The notes under the pieces: model-generated
What the model was told of the DNA's origin: nothing
Database searches by the model: none
Seen by the model: only the letters and a program-made list of their open reading frames with translations
From: a virus
Direction: 5' to 3' (one strand)
IMG/VR virus record: IMGVR_UViG_3300012663_000801
Location: 32,955-96,954 of that record
Length of the DNA stretch: 64,000 nucleotides
Program-made: the position numbers and the translations under genes
Shown here: piece after piece, positions 8,387-13,414 of the stretch
Layout of the letters: every line of letters begins with the position of its first letter
How positions within the stretch are numbered: the first letter of the stretch is position 1

Positions 8387-8566
8387 ATGAACATCATCAT
8401 CCTTGCCATCACAATCGCCTTCGTCGCCCCTGCCCTCGCCACCCGTGCGGCTGGGTCCAGCATCGTGGACTCCATCACCGCAGGGGTCGCAGGCGTCGGC
8501 ATCGGCGTCCTTCTCTACACCGCTGCCGTGCTGGCAGCAGCCTTCGGGCACGTTACCGCTCTGTAA
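8387..8566 (+). CDS. Two-TM membrane protein, 59 aa (MNIIILAITIAF...)
   Basis: ATG at +27 of unit 8360; stop overlaps next unit. Confidence 0.8.
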   Translation: MNIIILAITIAFVAPALATRAAGSSIVDSITAGVAGVGIGVLLYTAAVLAAAFGHVTAL

Positions 8567-8587
8567 AAACTTGGGTAAACTCCTGCC

Positions 8588-8728
8588 ATGCCTGACAACC
8601 TCACCGCCGCCGAGCTTGACGAGCTTATCGCCAAGCTCGCCCCCGTGACGCTCACCGCTTCCGCCATCGACCCCGCCCTCTTCGGACCAACAGCCCCCAG
8701 CGGGCTGCGTCTCGTCAGCGAAGCCTGA
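8588..8728 (+). CDS. Hypothetical protein, 46 aa (MPDNLTAAELDELIAKLAP...)
   Basis: ATG at +24 of unit 8564. Confidence 0.75.
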   Translation: MPDNLTAAELDELIAKLAPVTLTASAIDPALFGPTAPSGLRLVSEA

Positions 8729-8801
8729 TTCAATCCAGCCCCCGGTGTTCACCCAAGCACCGGGGGCTTCCTTTTAAAAACTTGGGTAAACTGTTACTAC
8801 C

Positions 8802-9116
8802 ATGAACCTGATCAACCTCACGCCCCACGCCATCAACGAAGTCACAACCGGGAGCACATTCGCTCCATCGGGCACTGTCGCCCGAGTGTCCACCAGCCTC
8901 GCCCCCCTTGGCGAGGTCAACGGAATCCCCTTGTTCTCAAGGGCTTTCGGAGAGGTCATCGGCCTCCCAGCCCCTGCCGAGGGTGTCCTGCTCATCGTCT
9001 CGGCCCTCGTGGCTGATGCCAGCCCTGACAGGCTGGATCTCGTCAGCCCCGGCGAATTGGTCAGGGATGACAAGGGCCAGCCCGTGGGCTGCAAGGGCTT
9101 TGTCCGCAAAGCCTGA
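8802..9116 (+). CDS. NLTPH-family small protein, possible Crn4-like ring nuclease
   Basis: LINLTPH, PSGTVARV, GLPAP..GVLLIVS, DLVSPGELVRD..G..VGC; family link is from recall only. Confidence 0.55.
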   Translation: MNLINLTPHAINEVTTGSTFAPSGTVARVSTSLAPLGEVNGIPLFSRAFGEVIGLPAPAEGVLLIVSALVADASPDRLDLVSPGELVRDDKGQPVGCKGFVRKA

Positions 9117-9122
9117 CTCTCA

Positions 9123-9167
9123 GCCCCCGGTGTTCACCTGAACGGTGGACGCCGGGGGCTTTTTTTT
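9123..9167 (+). terminator. Strong intrinsic terminator closing the array
   Basis: GCCCCCGGTGTTCACC...GGTGGACGCCGGGGGC followed by T8. Confidence 0.9.
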
Positions 9168-9363
9168 GGCTTTCGTTTTTGTAGTTTTTAACAGAGCTTG
9201 ATAAAAACTAGGGGGTCTGTTTGGATTTGCTTTAGTTTTTAAAAGGGGGTCGGGGGGTGGTGGGGGCCATGGCCAAAAATATTTATTTTATAAAATTCTT
9301 AAAATCTGCCTATTGAAAAAAATTTTTTTTTCTAAAATTCTCCCGATTTTCCCTATAGGGAAT

Positions 9364-10686
9364 TTATCTATTACTCATTAAATTCAATATAGCTTTTTTA
9401 TGGTTTGAAGGGAGCTTGAGAAATTCCTCCACTCCCGTTGCCCATAACTCATCATCATTTGCCATGCCATAGGAGTCTACCCACTTTACCAAATCTCTCA
9501 TTTCTTCGCGATATGGGGATTTGTCATTCCCTACCAACTTGTCTTCGGATTGGGGGAAATTTTTTTGAGTTAATGTATTTTCAAAAATATTATATACAAA
9601 ATTTATTATCATCATAACGATTCCATATCTATTATTATCTAATTCATCAAATTTATTACTAACTTCCGTATAAGAATCATCATTAGCGAATATAAAATTC
9701 TCGTTATGTTTTGTTTCACTTAATAGATAATTAGAAATGGATTCAAATTCTGATACCCAATCTTCTCCATCTTCCTTCGCCCACTTCCAATCACCCTCAT
9801 CCGCTTCCACTGAACGTTTTATATTCTTTATTAATTTTTCATAAAATAATTTTGTTAAGGCATTACTTAGATAATTGAGTTGTTTCTTATAAATTTTCAT
9901 ATCAACATACCAGAACTGTGATTTGGTTTGCATATCACTAATTATTTTTAATATTAATGCTCTAGTTTTGAATTTAAAATTATCTCTCCAAGAATTGATG
10001 TATGTTTTTTCATCTTCTTTCCATGGAGAATCGTCATCATTATATTTGTTTATAACGTATCCTTGGTAGATGTTTCTGACGATATACATCATTTCTCTGA
10101 CCACCTCATTCCATATTGTATCACTATAATTACGACCCAATAATTTTTCTGTTTGTTCAAAACTTTTAATTTTTGTTATGTGTTTAAATGGTTCTTTTTC
10201 TCTTTCTTTTTGTGCCACGGCGAAATTTGTTTTGTATTGGTTCAATAGAGTATTGTAGTATTCCTTTACTGCCATTTTGAATCCTTTGGAATTGTTGAAC
10301 ATCCATAGGTGCGCCCATTCATGGACTATAACCTTTATTAGATAATTTGGTTTGTTAATTTGATTCAATCCAACTGTCATGTATTTCCCTTTGCGGTGTG
10401 CATAACCCCCAACTCCTCCTCCTGAAACCCAATTTACTTCCTCTGATAAGTTTTTGATGAGAATGTTTGCATGCATGGAAGGAAAACCCATCTTGGTGAT
10501 TATCTTTCTTGCTTCCGTGCAAGCGTCCGTTATTTTTTCTTTTAATTCATTCATGCTCTCTACTTTATCCGCATCATCTTTAAAAAGATAAACAGTAAAC
10601 ATAGGTAACTTTGTGATGGGGATCACCTTTTTTGATTGGGAGAATTTTGCTTCTCTTATTAAAAAGTATTCTTTGAAAGATATCAT
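9364..10686 (-). CDS. Zincin-like metallopeptidase with capsid-targeting-like N-terminus
   Basis: VIVHEWAHLW (HExxH); distal SYGMANDDELWA; MISFKEYFLIRE; TAAATA-N5-ATG. Confidence 0.75.
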   Translation of the reverse strand: MISFKEYFLIREAKFSQSKKVIPITKLPMFTVYLFKDDADKVESMNELKEKITDACTEARKIITKMGFPSMHANILIKNLSEEVNWVSGGGVGGYAHRKGKYMTVGLNQINKPNYLIKVIVHEWAHLWMFNNSKGFKMAVKEYYNTLLNQYKTNFAVAQKEREKEPFKHITKIKSFEQTEKLLGRNYSDTIWNEVVREMMYIVRNIYQGYVINKYNDDDSPWKEDEKTYINSWRDNFKFKTRALILKIISDMQTKSQFWYVDMKIYKKQLNYLSNALTKLFYEKLIKNIKRSVEADEGDWKWAKEDGEDWVSEFESISNYLLSETKHNENFIFANDDSYTEVSNKFDELDNNRYGIVMMIINFVYNIFENTLTQKNFPQSEDKLVGNDKSPYREEMRDLVKWVDSYGMANDDELWATGVEEFLKLPSNHKKAILNLMSNR

Positions 10687-10730
10687 TCTATTATTTAATT
10701 TTTTTTCCCAATTCTCCCGATTCGACCGTA

Positions 10731-10757
10731 TAAAAACTACGGTATAATCCTGACATG
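10731..10757 (+). promoter_or_regulatory. Array-type promoter unit with perfect TATAAT (further TATAAT copies at 10899 and 11444)
   Basis: TAAAAACTACGGTATAATCCTGACATG. Confidence 0.85.
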
Positions 10758-10901
10758 AATAAAGACAAACTGCTCATCGCTGTAATTATTGCATCTGCCA
10801 TCATTCCCATCATGTATTTCCTGACGCAGTTATCGCCTCTTGAAACTCGCCAATACAATGGTAAGAATTCTTGCAAATGTGGTTGCCACTGTGACGGATA
10901 A
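10755..10901 (+). CDS. Small membrane protein with Cys-rich tail, 48 aa
   Basis: MNKDKLLIAVIIASAIIPIMYFL...SCKCGCHCDG; ATG at +24. Confidence 0.7.
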   Translation: MNKDKLLIAVIIASAIIPIMYFLTQLSPLETRQYNGKNSCKCGCHCDG

Positions 10902-10989
10902 AAACTACAGTATAATGATGGCAGATCACGACGGCAACAAACCGAACACGATCTTCGAAATTTAAAAAATAAAAAAGTTCTTAATGATG

Positions 10990-11018
10990 TTGACAAATGA
11001 AAATCTCATGATTAAATA
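10990..11018 (+). promoter_or_regulatory. Composite promoter TTGACA-N17-TAAATA upstream of tRNA-Met
   Basis: Perfect -35 plus late-type box; same arrangement on minus strand at 21889-21917. Confidence 0.7.
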
Positions 11019-11028
11019 CTAACTCAAT

Positions 11029-11105
11029 CGCGGGTTAGACAGGAGGTGGTTCCTGCCGGGTTTCATAAGCCTAGTACGTCGGTTCGACTCCGACACCCGC
11101 TACCA
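11029..11105 (+). tRNA. tRNA-Met(CAT), initiator-like
   Basis: CGCGGG acceptor with unpaired C1, TTCATAA loop, GGTTCGACTCC, encoded CCA. Confidence 0.85.
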
Positions 11106-11106
11106 A

Positions 11107-11181
11107 GCGTTCTTGATGTAATGGTTAACATGCCCTCCTTCCAAGTGGGTTACGAGAGTTCGAGTCTCTCAGAGCGCACCA
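11107..11181 (+). tRNA. tRNA-Gly(TCC)
   Basis: Cloverleaf, CTTCCAA loop, encoded CCA. Confidence 0.9.
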
Positions 11182-11196
11182 TTTTAAATCAATCGA

Positions 11197-11460
11197 ATGA
11201 GAATAACATATAAAGAAACAACAGAGTCCTTTTCACCTATTCCTCTTGTTTCCATCTTTTATGGAATATTTTATAAAGATGGTGTTGAATTTGTTCGTAT
11301 TAAGGATTCATTTGTATACGGTTTTAAAATGTATTATAAAAATGATGATGATATGAAAACTGAAATGAAAAGGGTTTTGTTTCATGCATTGAATGATCCT
11401 TCTTTGGAGGATGAATTTTGGAAAGTGTTCGAAGAAAGGTTCTTAAAAACTAGACTATAA
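11197..11460 (+). CDS. Hypothetical protein, 87 aa
   Basis: ORF between tRNA blocks. Confidence 0.65.
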   Translation: MRITYKETTESFSPIPLVSIFYGIFYKDGVEFVRIKDSFVYGFKMYYKNDDDMKTEMKRVLFHALNDPSLEDEFWKVFEERFLKTRL

Positions 11461-11528
11461 TGAGGGCATGTAAAAAATTGAAGAAAATTCTTGAAAAAAG
11501 TTTTGATATTGCTAAGTATTACTACAGC

Positions 11529-11591
11529 ATGAAATACCAGCAATATAATCAAAACAAACCAGCGACACCGATTGGGTGGCGGCGTGGATGA
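11529..11591 (+). CDS. Leader peptide MKYQQYNQNKPATPIGWRRG
   Basis: 20 codons; 3' end is complementary to the 5' arm of the downstream terminator. Confidence 0.75.
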   Translation: MKYQQYNQNKPATPIGWRRG

Positions 11592-11619
11592 TTCTATTGT
11601 AAATCATATTGAATCTTGC

Positions 11620-11654
11620 GCCCCATCTCTTCCAAAGATGGGGTTTTTTATTTT
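11620..11654 (+). terminator. Intrinsic terminator (attenuator) ahead of main tRNA block
   Basis: CCCCATCT-CTTCCAA-AGATGGGG followed by TTTTTTATTTT. Confidence 0.9.
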
Positions 11655-11727
11655 AGGGGTGAACGAAGCGACCTGAACAGCTAGAGAGTGGTGAAAGACT
11701 AATAGAGAATACGGTAATATATTTTTT

Positions 11728-11802
11728 GGGTTCATAATTCAATGGTAGAATAACTCACTTTTAATGAGTAAGCTGAAGGTTCGAGTCCTTCTGGACCCAC
11801 CA
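11728..11802 (+). tRNA. tRNA-Lys(TTT)
   Basis: ACTCA-CTTTTAA-TGAGT, T-arm, CCA. Confidence 0.95.
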
Positions 11803-11815
11803 TATTTTTTTTAAT

Positions 11816-11891
11816 GCTCCTGTCGTCTAAAGGTTAGGACAAAGGATTTTCAATCCTTAGATCGTGGGTTCAAGTCCCCGTGGGAGCACCA
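11816..11891 (+). tRNA. tRNA-Glu(TTC)
   Basis: AAGGA-TTTTCAA-TCCTT, CCA. Confidence 0.9.
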
Positions 11892-11901
11892 TTTTTTAAA
11901 T

Positions 11902-11988
11902 GCGTTAGCGGCGAAGTAGGTGAGTCGCGGCGGTCTGTAAAACCGCAGCCTTCGGGCTAAGTAGGTTCGAACCCTACCTGACGCACCA
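11902..11988 (+). tRNA. tRNA-Tyr(GTA)
   Basis: GCGGT-CTGTAAA-ACCGC, long variable arm, CCA. Confidence 0.95.
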
Positions 11989-11991
11989 TAT

Positions 11992-12067
11992 CTTGGCGTA
12001 GCGCAATTGGTAGCGCGGGTAGTTTGGGACTATCAGGTTGTAGGTTCGAGTCCTACCGTCGAGACCA
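11992..12067 (+). tRNA. tRNA-Pro(TGG)
   Basis: GGTAG-TTTGGGA-CTATC, C1-G72, CCA. Confidence 0.95.
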
Positions 12068-12077
12068 TTTTTTTCAT

Positions 12078-12154
12078 GGGCCATTAGTTCAGCTGGTAGA
12101 ACGTCTGATTTGCATTCAGAATGTCATGAGTTCGAGTCTCATATGTGTCCACCA
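12078..12154 (+). tRNA. tRNA-Ala(TGC), one-base bulge in acceptor stem
   Basis: TCTGA-TTTGCAT-TCAGA, G3:U70, CCA. Confidence 0.9.
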
Positions 12155-12158
12155 TAAT

Positions 12159-12232
12159 TGGGGGTTGGTGTAATGGTAGCACCGCAGATTTTGATTCTGT
12201 TAGCGAGGGTTCGACTCCCTCATCCCCTGCCA
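12159..12232 (+). tRNA. tRNA-Gln(TTG)
   Basis: GCAGA-TTTTGAT-TCTGT, G73, CCA. Confidence 0.95.
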
Positions 12233-12241
12233 ATTTTCAAA

Positions 12242-12317
12242 TCCCAAGTAGCACAGCGGTAGTTGCGTTCGACTGTTAATCGAAATGTCGGTGGTTCGAT
12301 CCCACCCTTGGGAGCCA
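12242..12317 (+). tRNA. tRNA-Asn(GTT)
   Basis: TTCGA-CTGTTAA-TCGAA, G73, CCA. Confidence 0.95.
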
Positions 12318-12325
12318 GATATAAA

Positions 12326-12399
12326 GGCCCGGTAGTTAAATGGTAGAACAGTAGATTTGTAACCTTCAGACGAGAGTTCGATTCTCTCTCGGGCCTCCA
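12326..12399 (+). tRNA. tRNA with Thr anticodon (TGT) on a Cys-like acceptor
   Basis: TTTGTAA loop; anticodon stem has 2 mismatches; G1-C72, G2-C71, C3-G70, U73. Confidence 0.7.
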
Positions 12400-12409
12400 T
12401 TATTCATAT

Positions 12410-12486
12410 CCTCCTATAGCTCAGTTGGTTAGAGCACTCGTTTGATAAATGAGAGGTCGTTAGTTCAAGTCTAACTGGGAGGACCA
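12410..12486 (+). tRNA. tRNA-Ile(GAT)
   Basis: CTCGT-TTGATAA-ATGAG, CCA. Confidence 0.9.
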
Positions 12487-12489
12487 CTT

Positions 12490-12816
12490 ATGACACTAAA
12501 TGAATACGAACAATTCGCACTCTCCACAGCAATATACGGAGAGGGCCAAAAAATAACATATCCAACTCTGGGACTTGCTGGTGAATCTGGGGAAGTTGCA
12601 GATAAAGTTAAGAAGGTTTTGAGGGATTATGATGGTGTTTTCACCGATGAACTCAAGCTTAATATTGCCAAAGAGATTGGTGATGTCCTCTGGTATATCA
12701 CGGCATTGTCAAGAGACTTGGGTTTCTCGCTAGAGGAAGTGGCCAAGATGAATGTTGATAAATTGGAATCCAGAAGACAACGAAATGTGATTTCTGGTTC
12801 CGGTGATGATCGATAA
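12490..12816 (+). CDS. mazG: MazG-like NTP pyrophosphohydrolase
   Basis: LGLAGESGEVADKVKK...KEIGDVLWY. Confidence 0.9.
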   Translation: MTLNEYEQFALSTAIYGEGQKITYPTLGLAGESGEVADKVKKVLRDYDGVFTDELKLNIAKEIGDVLWYITALSRDLGFSLEEVAKMNVDKLESRRQRNVISGSGDDR

Positions 12817-12818
12817 AT

Positions 12819-12912
12819 GGATCGGTATGATCGGGCTGGGCTGATGATTACGCACCGAAGTGTAATAGCTTGTAAAAGTCTTAGGGAAGTTCGAATCTTC
12901 CGCCATCCGCCA
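12819..12912 (+). tRNA. Aberrant tRNA-Ser-like RNA
   Basis: GGA acceptor with bulge, G73-CCA, GGAAG-TTCGAAT-CTTCC T-arm, long variable arm, non-standard anticodon loop containing CGA. Confidence 0.6.
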
Positions 12913-12932
12913 ATTTTATATTAAATAATACC

Positions 12933-13406
12933 ATGAGAACCTTTTTAGAATCTTTCTATGATATTCAGGAATTGAAACCAAATTCCAAATTGAAAGATAT
13001 CATCAAACATCCTTATCTTAAAGTCTTTCGTTCTTCGGCTCGTCCCAATAAGAATGATTATGTATCGGGTTCTCATGCTGGGACGAAACAACAAGCTTTG
13101 ATTCGGGCCGATTATATGATAAATGATGAAGGTAGATACGATACCTATTATTTGTATGAATTGATTATTCGTATTGAAAATGTGTATCCCGAATTATTAC
13201 CCGATGATGGGACTGATCATGGATACGGATTTGTCAAGGATTTGAATAATTATGATGTCGCCTTTTACAAAAATACGGGAGAAGGTGATATCAGAAACGA
13301 GAATCTTTCAATTATCATTATCAATCCTGATAGTGTCTTCGAATCCAAGATGGTTGAAGAGATCGATGGGGAATATTTGACCGCTATTCAGGATGAATTA
13401 TACTAA
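12933..13406 (+). CDS. Putative ADP-ribosyltransferase (polyvalent-protein ART type)
   Basis: VFRSS...GSHAGTKQQALIR...DVAFYKNTGEG...SIIIINP pattern; TAAATA-N5-ATG. Confidence 0.55.
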   Translation: MRTFLESFYDIQELKPNSKLKDIIKHPYLKVFRSSARPNKNDYVSGSHAGTKQQALIRADYMINDEGRYDTYYLYELIIRIENVYPELLPDDGTDHGYGFVKDLNNYDVAFYKNTGEGDIRNENLSIIIINPDSVFESKMVEEIDGEYLTAIQDELY

Positions 13407-13414
13407 ATAATGGA

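Larger units (their letters stand above)
290..8804 (+). repeat. Array of 31 promoter-like units TAAAAACT-N4-(C/T)A(A/T)(A/G)AT-like hexamer-N6/N9-ATG, one ahead of nearly every small ORF
   Basis: First T of TAAAAACT at 290, 885, 1143, 1325, 1538, 1813, 2374, 2638, 2788, 2913, 3221, 3488, 3748, 4120, 4279, 4537, 4790, 4967, 5309, 5431, 5688, 6052, 6400, 6661, 7002, 7265, 7687, 8111, 8360, 8564, 8775; ATG mostly at +24 or +27. Confidence 0.97.

Noticed and set aside
290-8804. CRISPR array interpretation of the TAAAAACT repeats
   Set aside because: Intervals are 120-600 bp intact ORFs, the repeat varies like a promoter and is not palindromic, and no cas genes are present.
943-9109. Minus-strand and off-frame ORFs in the array (many containing FWCSFY or KTTPKY)
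   Set aside because: These peptides are translations of the repeat unit; the ORFs are shadows of GC-rich plus-strand genes.
290-9167. Integron cassette array
   Set aside because: No attC-type inverted core sites and no tyrosine recombinase in the window; each gene carries its own promoter-like unit.
9211-9265. G-quadruplex as a stand-alone finding
   Set aside because: G-runs are present but nothing else supports it; kept only as part of the boundary observation.
12200-12400. 66-aa minus-strand ORF
   Set aside because: Antisense to tRNA-Gln, -Asn and -Thr genes.
12819-12912. Selenocysteine or suppressor tRNA
   Set aside because: No TCA, CTA or TTA anticodon in the loop; T-stem and acceptor do not fit the Sec pattern clearly.
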